A stretch of 64,000 nucleotides of DNA from Octopus sinensis (taxonomy: Eukaryota), in contig NC_043023.1 of the NCBI RefSeq assembly GCF_006345805.1, positions 15,872,001 to 15,936,000 of the forward strand, written 5' to 3'. The notes below the pieces were generated by a model. The model was not told the origin of the DNA, made no database searches, and saw nothing but the letters and a program-made list of their open reading frames with translations. How positions within the stretch are numbered: the first letter of the stretch is position 1; every line of letters begins with the position of its first letter. Below are positions 50,334 through 61,520 of this stretch, in pieces. Made by a program: the position numbers and the translations under genes.

Positions 50334-51114
50334 TCTTCTTTTCAATTGGATCAAAATTCACGTTCTTTTGTAGGCGTAGGAGTGGCTGTGTGTTAAGTAG
50401 CTTGCTAACCAACCACATGGTTCCGGGTTCAGTCCCACTGCATGGCATCTTGGGCAAGTGTCTTCTGCTATAACCCCGGACCGACCAATGCATTGTGCCA
50501 TGCAGTGGGATTGAACCCGGAACCATGTGGTAAGCAAGCTAATTACCACACAGCCACTCTTGCACCACCCAACATATTTTGTTTATATTTAAAGTGTGTT
50601 TATCATCCAAATAAGATTCTCATTAAAGAATATATTTTTATTTAAAAAAACTGCATTAATACGTTTTGTGTTACTCTTTTCCTTGTTTCAGTCATTTGAC
50701 TGCGGCCATGCTGGAGCACTGCCTTTAGTCGAGCTACTCGACCCCGGGACTTATTCTTTTGTAAGCCCAGTACTGATTCTATCGGTCTCTTTGGCCGAAC
50801 CGCTAGGTGACGGGGACGTAAACACACCAGCATCGGTTGTCAAGCAATGCTAGGGGGACATACACGCACACATATATACGACGGGCTTCTTTCAGTTTCC
50901 GTCTACCAAATCCACTCACAAGGCTTTGGTTGGCCTGAGGCTATAGTAGAAGACACTTGCCTAAGATGCCACGCAGTGGGACTGAACCCGCAACCATGTG
51001 GCTGGTATGCAAGCTACTTACCACACAGCCCCTCCTGCACCTATATCAATATTATAAGAATATAAATAAAACATAAAAAACAGACAGAGTTGGAATTCCT
51101 TTGAGTAATATACA

Positions 51115-51620
51115 CCGTAAATCCCCAAATATAATCCACATTCCGCCCACAAAAAAATTTAAAGGTCAAAATCCCTAGTGCGTACAATATACGAGATTAA
51201 AATTGAAAAATATTTTCTAAGCAATGTCTCTATTTGCTGTCCGGCAATGTTTATTCAGATGCATTTTCTGATGTCGGGCACGAAAATACCTTAATCTAAG
51301 CCTGAAAGCAATGAAGCCATAAAAGAATCATCCATAACTTGCAGTAAGCAACATTTATTAAAATAAAAACTATTCAGAACACAGAATAATAAGTAAAAAA
51401 AAAAACAATTTGCAAACATATTTACATTCCCATATAACAGTTAAGAACATCACCATTATTGTATTACGCATGCATGGAAGTGTTTGTTCGACTAGATGCT
51501 GCTGGCTTAATTACGCACAACTCAAATTAGAGATGGGGTGTGTATTATACATGAGGTTTGGGTTTTTCAGAAGTACAGCCCCCTAAAAATCCCCTGCGTA
51601 TTATACTCAAGGATTTACAG
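51115..51620. mobile_element. Possible pogo/Tc1-type MITE
   Basis: Imperfect TIRs CCGTAAATCC..ATAAT / ATTAT..GGATTTACAG with TA on the right. Confidence 0.45.
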
Positions 51621-51872
51621 TATGTAAATAAATTTTTGATTTGTACAATAAAGACAATAAAACTGCATTAATACATTTTGTGTTATATTTTATTTATACT
51701 TAAAATGTGCATTATCCAAATCAGATTCACAAAAAAGAAAAAAAAAAGACATTTCAAAAACTACAGGCTCAACTCTCTGATGTTCAAAGGTTTTTGTGTA
51801 CGTTTGAGGCATCATATAAGCATTTGGGACTTCTCTTGTTTTTTGCTTGTTCAGTGTACAAATGGAAGGGGC

Positions 51873-52191
51873 TGTCTCTGCGGCCCCTTCTGCAACGGCG
51901 CTTGTGGTGGTTTGACCATTGCATGTAGGCATCCGGTGGGTGAACTGAGCCAGGATGTCCTTCTCCCAACTGGCTGAAGTCCTGGGTTAGACGATCAAGG
52001 AGGACCTCTCCGTGCTCATGGGACCGCAGGTGGTCGGCCTGCGCCGATGGAACCGTGACTGGTTCGCTATCTCCAGTGAACTGGCGCAGGACCGTCGCGC
52101 GTGGGCTGCCATGGTTGGAGATGCCTCAAGGGTGGTAGAAGAAGCAGACTCAACCCGCCCCGGGGTGAATGTTGCCACAAGTACAAGTAAG
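51873..52191 (+). mobile_element. RTE-like LINE 3' end
   Basis: IKEDL...LAQDRRAWAAMVGDA followed by an ACAAGT-repeat tail. Confidence 0.65.
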
Positions 52192-52494
52192 TGTACATGT
52201 GTGACAGAACAGTAGAATACTGAGAGAAAAATATGGGCATAAGAGGAATTAGATGTAGTGTGCAAGAGAGAAGACTAACATAAAATTAGACTGCCAAAAT
52301 AACACTAAAAAGGGATTAAGAAAAAATATTCTGTTGTGTCTGGGGAGAGTCATTTTCTTTTTGTGCCGTTTTATGTAACACACTCACCGGTAAAATTTCC
52401 ACTTATTTCTTATTTTCCTAAAATTTTCGTTGCGTCTTGCAACCTTATAAGGCACAGAAAGAAAATGACCCTCCCCAGACACAACAGAATATAC

Positions 52495-52710
52495 TTCAAC
52501 ACACAAACTCACATAAACAATCTTGCAAATCAAATCCAAAAATGAAATATAGAAAAAAAAAAAATGCTTCAACACACAAGCTCACATAAAGAATCTTGCA
52601 AACCAAATCCAAAAATGAAATATAGAAAAAAAAAAATGCTTCAACACACAAACTCACATAAAGAATCTTGCAAACCAAATCCAAAAATGAAATATAGAAA
52701 AAAAAAAAAT
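52495..52710. repeat. About 72-bp tandem repeat, 3 copies
   Basis: CTTCAACACACAA.CTCACATAAA..ATCTTGCAAA.CAAATCCAAAAATGAAATATAG. Confidence 0.85.
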
Positions 52711-52938
52711 TATTCTGTTGTGTCTGGGGAGAGTCATTTTCTTTTTGTGCCTTATAATTTAACACACACACTGGTAAAATTTCCACTGATTTCTTATAGA
52801 GCTTCCCAACAACAACAACAAAACTTTCACTACCACACTGCCACACACCAACACCATTACAGCAATAAACACGAACAACTTGTATCATGCATAAAAGAAA
52901 ACACAGACACTAAATACTCAGACTTTATTATAAAAACG

Positions 52939-53086
52939 CACAATACACCACCAGACTTTACCATACCAACACACAACACACCACCAGACTTTACCATACC
53001 AACACACAACACACCACCAGACTTTACCATACCAACACACAACACACCACCAGACTTTACCATACCAACACACAACACACCACCAG
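52939..53086 (+). repeat. 33-bp minisatellite (~4.5 copies) in a probable LINE ORF1 remnant
   Basis: CACAACACACCACCAGACTTTACCATACCAACA, encoding THNTPPDFTIP. Confidence 0.85.
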
Positions 53087-53292
53087 CACACATTCTTACA
53101 ATAAAGATAAACAAAACTATATATAATGAAATCAAGGAGAAATTCCCTAACGATGTCGGGTCGCTAGGGAGAAATTTCTCCCAAAAACTATATAAAAACC
53201 TGGTGGAAACACCCGTGCAAAAGCACAAGGGAGCCACCCCACCAAACAACAACAGTAAGTAGAGCCTTTTTCTCCTTCTGAACCTTTAAAAC

Positions 53293-53555
53293 ATGGCAAA
53301 ACTCAGAATCGGTTGCTTAAATGTGAGAGGCCTTGGGTCACCTTGGAAACAGGGTCACCTGTGAAACGACCTGAGGTTTCATAGCGTGGATGTAGCAGCC
53401 ATTAGTGAGACCAGGCTCTCCGACCCACAGGAACTCGCGGCCCTTTTCGGCGGATACGAGATTTTTCTATCTCCGTGTCGGCTGGGAGCGGGCGGTGGTG
53501 GTACTGCGGTGTTGTTTCGGAAGGGCCTGGATTTGTAAATAAGGACAGTCTTCCT
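53293..53555 (+). mobile_element. L1/Tx1-like ORF2 N-terminus (AP endonuclease), with stops
   Basis: MAKLRIGCLNVRGL...VDVAAISETRL...GGGTAVLFRK. Confidence 0.8.
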
Positions 53556-53899
53556 TATTAGCTCGACTAAAAGCGGTGCTCCAGCATGGCCGCAGTCAAA
53601 TGACTGAAAAGAGTAAAAGTGAATCAGAGGGTTCACTAGAGCTGTACTTTGCTTCTAGTGTTGAAATGGCTGCTGGGGGCCAATTTAGGATTTTGTTGCT
53701 AAAATTTCTGTTTAACTAATTGGAAGTATCACAAAGTATGGTGCCTTCGGCTGATGAAAGCGGAAGGTAGGAAAACTGGCAACAGGAGAACTTGGGTGAA
53801 GTTAAGTCTAACGACGCCAAAGGTGGCTACTCCTGCGAGATGGCAGCTAAGTCGATAGCAGCAGGAGACGAAAGGGCGCAAACTGGAAGGCAAGAGAGA

Positions 53900-54165
53900 G
53901 CGTCAGCAGGAACGTTCTTTTTCCAGGTATGTGTCAAATGTTACTAGTGAATCCAGGTGCCGGAAAGCACGAGGTGAGAGTTTGTCCGTTTTTGAACCCA
54001 GGGCAAACGTAAGGGGCTTGTGATCCGTATAGATCACAAAATCTCGCCCTTCAAGTTGATGCTGGAAATGAGGAACCGATAGATCGCTAGGAGCTCACGA
54101 TCAAAGGTGCTGTATCAGCTGGTTGCAGTTGGTGGAAAAAGAAAGCCAGAGGTCGAATACGATCA
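53900..54165 (-). mobile_element. Gypsy RNase H fragment (opposite strand to the adjacent RT)
   Basis: Minus strand RPLAFF...YSTFDRELLAIY...LEGRDFVIYTDHKPLTFA. Confidence 0.85.
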
Positions 54166-54169
54166 TCCT

Positions 54170-54995
54170 CTCTGGCCGTTCAACGGGAAAAGCCTACCCA
54201 CTCGACCCTCCATTTTATCACCACCACTGGGCCACCTGTATTTTCGCGCCCACGCCGCCTTGCGCCTGACCGACTAAAAGCGGCTAGGGCCGAGTTTGAG
54301 CACATGCTTCAACTTGGCCTTATACGCCCCTCCACCAGCCCATAGGCGTCTCCCCTTCATTTGGCGCGAAAGGGCGAGTCTGATTTTCGCCCGGTTGGAG
54401 ACTATCGACGCCTCAATGCCGTAATAGCCGACAGATATCCAATCAGAAATCTACAGGACTTTACGGCAAATCTCCATGGTTGTACCATTTTTTCGAAGGT
54501 CGACCTTATACGCACGTACCATCAAATACCGGTCAACCCAGCCGACGTTCAAAAAACTGCGATCACTACCCCCTTTGGGTGTTGAGTTTTTGTATATGAG
54601 TTTCAGTTTGCGGAATGCTACTAGCACTTTCCAGCGTTTCATTGATGAGGTTGTCCGCGGTCTTGATTTTGTGCTTGCCTATGTCGATGATATACTCATT
54701 GCGAGCGACACACGTGAAAATCATCTCCAGCACCTTTCTCAGCGTCTTCGCGCTTATAGTATATGTATAAATCCCGACAAGTGTGTTTTCGGACGCTCTT
54801 CCCTAGATTTTCTAGGCCATCATATTGATTCGAGTGGAATCAGCCCTCTGTCGTAAAAAGTCAATGCCATTCAACGCATCGCACCCCCCACTTCATTGCA
54901 CCAGCTCAGGCATTATCTAGGGATGATCAATTTCTACAGACGTTTTATTCCCGGTTGTGCAGATAAGCTACTACCTTTCACCAGGCTGTTAAAGT
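54170..54995 (+). mobile_element. Gypsy reverse transcriptase fragment, pseudogenised
   Basis: GDYRRLN, FSKVDL, KTAITTPFG, FQRFID, AYVDDILI, FLGH, GMINFYRRFIP. Confidence 0.9.
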
Positions 54996-54999
54996 ACAC

Positions 55000-56200
55000 T
55001 GCGGGCCACACCATCTCACGCCACCAATGCCAGCATTATATTGATGTCTCTCCACTGTTTTCATAATTTGGCTGAACCGAATATGAACGAAGTCTCAACA
55101 AGCAGGAAAAAACACATTTCCCAGCAATGTAACTGTTATGTTATAGATATCATTACAGATCCTAGCCCAGACGCCACCTATGCGACTTTCAAGGCAGAAA
55201 TTCGACGCAACACGCAGTCGGAAGAAAGTAAATTCAATGAGCTGATGGCAGATGAGCAGCCAGGGGACAGGACCCCGTCGCAATTCTTGCGTCGCTTGCG
55301 CAAATTAAGTGGGAACTCCGCAGACACGCCCTGCTTCGTAAAATGACTGAAAAGAGTAAAAGAGAATCAGAGGGTCCACTACAGCTGTACTTCACTTCTA
55401 GTGTTGAAATGGCTGCTGGGGGTCAATTTAGGATTTTGTGGCTAAAATTTGTTTAATTAATTGCTTATAGTTTTATTATAGGCAATATATCCAAATATTT
55501 TGCTCTTAATGGTGGTGAAAGTGGAACTATTACAAGTAGTGGTAGATCTACTATCAGACCTTTCATCCTGTTACAATTGGTGACCCCTGAACATAAAACG
55601 AACATGCGAGCCAACAGATGTACACAGCAACTCGCCCAGGTTTTTATACACTACTGTTTGTGAATAATTTCACTGTCGTATTCACAACTACTATACAACC
55701 TGCGGGCCAGACCATCTCACGCCACCAATATATTGATGTGTCTCCACTGTTTTCATAAGTTGGCTGAACCGAATACAAATGAAGTCTCAACAAGCAGGAA
55801 AAAACACATTTTCCAGCAATATAACTTATGTTATAGATCTCATTACAGATCCTAGCCCAGACGCCACCTATGCGACTGTCAAGGCAGAAATTCGACGCAA
55901 CACGCGGTCGGAAGAAAGTAAATTCAACGAGCTGATGGCAGATGAGCAGCCAGGGGACAGGACCCCGTCACAATTCTTGAGTCGCTTGCGCGAATTAAGC
56001 AGGAGCTCTGCAGACGCGCCTCTGCTTCGTATAATATTCTTCTCCAGGTTGCCTGCCAACCTTCAGACAATTTTGGCTACAGCCCTTGAGTCCAACACTG
56101 TGGACCAAATTGCCACGATGGCAGATAAAATTTTGGAATTTTCTGGCCAGCCAACGTCGCGTGGCGTGTGCGTTTGCACTGAGATCCCTTTGACAGCCTG
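55000..56200 (+). mobile_element. Two Gypsy gag fragments with an LTR-end/PBS between them
   Basis: PDATYAT.KAE...GDRTPSQFL.RLR twice; CTGTTACA|ATTGGTGACCCC at 55568-55587. Confidence 0.8.
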
Positions 56201-56242
56201 TTTCAGCCTCTTCTGTCACATGACACTATATCAGACTAAATA

Positions 56243-56778
56243 CAGAGTGTCCCCAAAAAATGTATACACTTGCTGCAACAGTCTGTCATGCCAAGCATTA
56301 GAGAGGACTTTGAACAGGAAGAGTTTTATTTCCAGCAAGATGGGGCACCTCCACACTACCATCGCAATGTTAGATCCTTTCTTGATGGGATCTTGCCAAA
56401 CAGGTGGATTGGACAGAGAGGTTTTGTCGAATACCATCCACGTTCACCAGACCTCACACCACTAGACTTCTTTTTATGGGGATACCTAAAGGACAAAGTC
56501 TACGCACAGAAACCTGCAACAGTCGTTCAATTGAGGGCAACCATTGAACATGAATGTACGAATATCCCAAGGGAATTGTTCCATGATGTGTGCCATTCCA
56601 TCGCATCGCGTTGTCAGCAGTGTCTGGAGCAGAACGGACATCAGTTTGAGAACATGCGATAACAAGACAATAGAATGATATTTGTAAATTCTTTTACATG
56701 TTGAAAATTATTCGAATTATAATAAACCCCAAATTTACAATTATTTAAGGTGTGTATACATTTTTTTGGGACACCCTG
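56243..56778 (+). mobile_element. Internally deleted DD41D (rosa/Visitor-type) Tc1/mariner element
   Basis: TA-flanked TIRs CAG.GTGTCCC.AAAAAATGTATACAC; 41 residues between the Asp of QQDGA and the Asp of PLDFFLWG. Confidence 0.88.
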
Positions 56779-56873
56779 TAGATGTACTGACACGATGCAT
56801 AGACGAGCTATATCGCTTGCGCGAATTAAGCGGGAACTCCGCAGGCGCGCCTCTGCTTCGTAAAATGAGTAAA

Positions 56874-57173
56874 AGAGAATAGGCAATATATCCAAATATT
56901 TTGCTTTTAATGGTGGTGAAAGTGGAACTATTACAAGTAGTGGTGAATTTTCTACTACTATCAGACCTTTCTATCAGAGAATAGGCAATATATCCAAATA
57001 TTTTGCTTTTAATGGTGGTGAAAGTGGAACTATTACAAGTAGTGGTGAATTTTCTACTACTATCAGACCTTTCTATCAGAGAATAGGCAATATATCCAAA
57101 TATTTTGCTTTTAATGGTAGTGAAAGTGGAACTATTACAAGTAGTGGTGAATTTTCTACTACTATCAGACCTT
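56874..57173 (+). repeat. 102-bp tandem repeat x3 derived from exon 5 of the orphan gene and its acceptor region
   Basis: AGGCAATATATCCAAATATTTTG at 56881, 56983 and 57085; similar to 45579-45666. Confidence 0.88.
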
Positions 57174-57264
57174 TCATCCTGTTACAATTGGTGACCCCTG
57201 AACTTAAAACGAACATGCAAGCCAACAGACGTACACAGCAACTCGCCCAGGTTTTTATACACTA

Positions 57265-58145
57265 CTGCCAGGAACTAAGATTGTCACAGATTCTTGGAGA
57301 GCGTATAATAGCCTACCAAACCATTTGACTGTGAACCAGTGTCACCTTTGTGGATACCAACAATGCCTCAATCGACACAAACACCGTGGAAGGGATGTGG
57401 AGTCACATGTAATCAAATTATCGGAGGATGCATGGAACGTTCCAGAATTTTCTTCCAAAATATTTCCATCAAATTTGTAGAGATCGACAAATTCAAGTTC
57501 ATGCACAGGAAATACCATCGCGGTAGTCATCGAGTCGGGCACTAGGTTCTTGGAATGGTGGAATGGGAAAGTCCGAGATGTGTTTAGTTCCTGTGGAAAA
57601 CAGAAGTCCAGCAACATTGTTGCCTATTATTAGCTGCCATGTTCTGCCAGGAACTAAGATTGTCACAGATTCCTGGGGAGCGTATAATAGCCTACCAAAC
57701 CATTTGACTGTGAACCAGTGTCACCTTTGTGGATCCCAGCAGTGCCTCAATCCATAAAAACACTGTGGAAGGGATGTGGAATCACATGAAATCAAATTTT
57801 CGGAGGATGCACGGAACGTTCCAGAATTTTCTTCCAAAATATTTCCATGAATTTTGTAGAGATCGATGAATCCAAGTTCATGCACAGGAAATACCATCGC
57901 GGTAGGTATCTTAGGAGACTATCCGCAGGGGTCTGGGTGGCAGCGGACCCAAACCACTTAATGTCAAAAGCTGTTTTCAGCCTGGAGACTTAATCAGCAA
58001 AAAATCTGGTGCTCCCAGATTTTCTAAGAATGGCTGGGACAAGGTATCTTGAGCGATGTGGAGTCACGTGAAATCAAATTATCGGAGGATGCACGGAACG
58101 TTCCAGAATATTCTTCCAAAATATTTACATGAATTTTGTTTTACT
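57265..58145 (+). mobile_element. Merlin (IS1595/ISXO2-like) transposase fragments in tandem
   Basis: VEIDESKF.HRKYHRG, IVTDSWGAY, HLTVN, NTVEGMW, YLHEF. Confidence 0.85.
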
Positions 58146-58277
58146 TCAAAAAGATTTCGTACAGAAGGAGACAGGAAAACGAATTGGTTACACAAACCTA
58201 ATAACGATAACTCCATGCGAGCAATTTCACATCCTACGTACGATTCCGTAATGAAGAAAAGGATTGGAATATGAAGA

Positions 58278-58425
58278 ATGGAAAACTCTGAATAAACCTT
58301 TCAAAGAAAAATTTGAAAATATGCCTTGGGGATACTTCGACAACAACAAATGCTACATGGAGAGAGACGTCTCTCTAAAAATATTCAGATCCACACTCAT
58401 GACCCAGGACATCATTGAATGAACA
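58278..58425 (+). other. Putative parvoviral capsid fragment (MPWGYFDNNKCYM)
   Basis: Resembles the parvovirus VP motif TPWGYFDFN; short match only. Confidence 0.5.
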
Positions 58426-58461
58426 TTTGTCTCAACAGTATGGGAATTAAGGCAGATTCTC

Positions 58462-58930
58462 CATAGCAAATGGCAGGACAGGATCGCTAACACAGAGGTT
58501 TTGGACAGTGTCAACATCATCTGTGAGAGGCGTCTTCAGTGGCTAGGCCATGTCAGCCGAATGGATGCAGGACGGATTGCAAAGGACCTACTGTACGGAC
58601 AGCTAGCGGAAAGCTCCAGAACAATGGGACGGCCCAAACTGCGCTTCAAGGATATTTGCAAGAAGGACCTAAAGCTATGCCAGAGCAACACCCAAACATG
58701 GGAATCCACCGCTGCCGACAGAGGCACCTGGCGACACAGTGTCAAACTAAAGAGAACCAGGCGAAAGGAGCAGCAACCACAGCTCTCGTCCCCTTTCACT
58801 TGCACCAGATGTGGTAGGGACTGCCACTCGATGATTGGTCTGCACAGCCACACCAGGAAGTGCAGATAGACCCACCACCTTTTCTGAGCTACACCATTGT
58901 CTCTTGAGATAGACGGATGCCGGATGCCAA
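58462..58930 (+). mobile_element. RTE LINE 3' fragment
   Basis: WQDRIANTEVL, RLQWLGHVSRM, GRPKLRFKD and a C-terminal CxxC..H..H finger. Confidence 0.88.
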
Positions 58931-58975
58931 AGATGGGAATTACTAACACAAAAAAAACCTAAAAGAAATCTTCAG

Positions 58976-59222
58976 GTATTAAGGGGCATTCCTAACTCTG
59001 GCAAATCAATGATAGCAAGAAGTATCGCAGATATGTTTACACACGTATCAACCATTCAAGGGACAACTAGTTCCCCCATTCCAGAACCTAGTAAATGTTG
59101 AAATTGGTTTAATAGAAGAACCAAACTTTACACTGGAAACACTACAAACTTTTAAAAAACTAGCTGAAGGCGTCGACACTGAAGTCGCAATTAAATTCAA
59201 ACGAGACCAAATTGTCCACAGG
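58976..59222 (+). pseudogene. Endogenous parvoviral NS1 SF3-helicase fragment, copy A
   Basis: VLRGIPNSGKSMIARS...IGLIEEP...FKKLAEG; +1 frameshift in a C run near 59075. Confidence 0.85.
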
Positions 59223-59251
59223 TTCTTCAATGTGGTGCCGAAACACTGGAA

Positions 59252-59920
59252 TATGTAGAGATCAACGAATCCAAGTTCATGCACAGGAAATACCATCGCG
59301 GTAGTCATCGAGAAGGGCACTAGGTTCTTGGAATGGTGGAATGGGAAAGTCCGAGATGTGTTTAGTTCCTGTGGAAAACAGAAGTCCAGCAACATTGTTG
59401 CCTATTATTAGCTGCCATGTTCTGCCAGGAACTAAGATTGTCACAGATTCCTGGGGAGCGTATAATAGCCTACCAAACCATTTGACTGTGAACCAGTGTC
59501 ACCTTTGTGGATCCCAACAGTGCCTCAATCCATAAAAACACAGTGGAAGGGATGTGGAGTCACGGGAAATCAAATTTTCGGAGGATGCATGGAACGTTCC
59601 AGAATTTTCTTCCAAAATATTTACATGAATTTTGCAGAGATCGACAAATTCAAGTTCATGCACAGGAAATACCATCGCGGTAGGTATCTTAGGAGACTAT
59701 CCGCAGGGGTTTGGGTGGCAGCGGACCCAAACCACTTAATGTCAAAAGCTGTTTTGAGCCTGGGGACTCAATCAGTAAAAAATCTGGTGCTCCCAGATTT
59801 TCTAAGAATGGCTGGGACAAGGTATCTTGAGGGATGTGAAGTCACGTGAAACCAAATTATCGGAGGATGCACGGAACATTCCAGAATTTTCTTCCAAAAT
59901 ATTTACATGAACTTTGTTTT
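59252..59920 (+). mobile_element. Merlin transposase fragments (duplicate of the 57476-58145 block)
   Basis: Colinear with an offset of about 1778 bp. Confidence 0.85.
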
Positions 59921-60049
59921 ACTTCAAAAAGATTTCGTACAGAAGGAGACAGGAAAGCGCATTGGTTACACAAACCTAATAACGATAACTTCATGCGAGC
60001 AATTTCACATCCTACGTACGATTCTGTAATGAAGAAAAGGATTGGAATG

Positions 60050-60290
60050 TGAAGAATCCAAAACTGAAGCTGATAGATCACAAGATAGTGGTGTAGGAGA
60101 AAGTCAAACTATGGGTGATCCACATGTAGGACCAGCACCTGGTGGGTCTGTGGCTATGGCAACAGGAGATCAACCACCAGACATAGGTGATATAAATCCA
60201 ATTGTATCTAAAAAATTTTCCACGGACATTCGTGCATTACGTGAACTGTAGCGATCTTCCTACCCTTAAAGCATATTATAAAAAACACAA
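60050..60290 (+). other. Putative parvoviral capsid N-terminal fragment
   Basis: Gly/Pro-rich MGDPHVGPAPGGSVAMATG then, after a 1-nt shift, KKFSRTFVHYVN, resembling the first VP beta strand. Confidence 0.45.
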
Positions 60291-60327
60291 TGGGGATACC
60301 TAAAGGACAAAGTCTACGCACAGAAAC

Positions 60328-61064
60328 TGAATAAGAAACTCCCAAAGTGTAATCTACTTGTATTAAGGGGCTTGCCAAATACTGGCAAATCTATGGTAGC
60401 TAGAAGTATTGCTGAGATGTTCACTCATGTCAGCACGATTCAGGGGACAAGGAGTTTCCCATTTCAAAACTTGATTAATGTCGAAATAGGTTTAATCGAA
60501 GAACCGAATTTCACTTTAGAAACACTTCAGACATTCAAAAAGCTTGCTGAAGGGACTGACACTGAAGTTTCTGTAAAATTCAAGCCAGACCAGGTTGTCC
60601 ACAGAACACCATTGATCATTACTTCAAACAACAAATTCGACAGCAACGCACCATTACACGAAAGATATGCTTTCATCACGAGATACACAGAATATCTTTT
60701 CCAAAAAACATCTCCTTTCCTTCAATATGTTAAGAAAAAAATTAATCCTATTATATGGAATGTATTATTTTATGAACATTGTTTTTCTTCTTTAATTAAT
60801 GACGATGGTTCCTCATCGGATGACAATTTATGTCACATTCTATGAAGAATATGAAAAGCTCACCAATCGAGAGACGCCGACAAAGAAAACAAGCGACCAG
60901 GTGGATTTCGGACTCTGTCTGGTTCTGGAAGCGGGTCAACCGTTAGAGTCTTCTCCGAAACAGACGAAGAAGAACAAGTCCCAGAAAGAAGGAAAAAGTT
61001 CAGAAAGCTGAGATACACACCAAATTACGAGGCTGATAGTGAACTATCAGATTCCGAACTGTAA
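60328..61064 (+). pseudogene. Endogenous parvoviral NS1 C-terminal half, copy B
   Basis: Walker A GLPNTGKS, Walker B IGLIEEP, B' FKKLAEG..V..KFK, motif C PLIITSN; same frame resumes after two TGA with RRKKFRK and an acidic end. Confidence 0.9.
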
Positions 61065-61520
61065 TTCTTTTGCATTTATCATTTATTTCTATTTTTCATT
61101 ATCAATTATATAATTTGTAATCTGGAAATGTATTCAGAACTTTTCAAATTAATTATATTTTTCTTGAAAATGTATTTGTATTTTAAATCTTTAAATAAAA
61201 ATGATTAAAAAATTTTTTATTTAAATTTAAATAAAAATTCAAAAAAAAAAAAAGAAGCGTGCCAAAAGGGGGAGACCAACCGGCCGAGAGGTCAGTTGGT
61301 CCCCTCCCCCCCAATTTTTTTTTTATTGAAGAGGATTGCACTGCTTCAAAGAAGTCACCTGGTCGGGAGGGAGGTAGATTATGTCATATATATTGATATT
61401 CATTAAATTTTTTTTTTCATTACTACATTTTACGAAAAACCCAGAATTTAATAATTGTTAAACATTTTCCTCTTTTCAGGTGAGCCAAAAATTTATGCAG
61501 TTAACCTAAATTTATTAATA

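Noticed and set aside
52564-53262. 232-aa ORF as a host gene
   Set aside because: Chimera of 72-bp and 33-bp tandem repeats and a LINE ORF1 remnant directly upstream of an endonuclease relic
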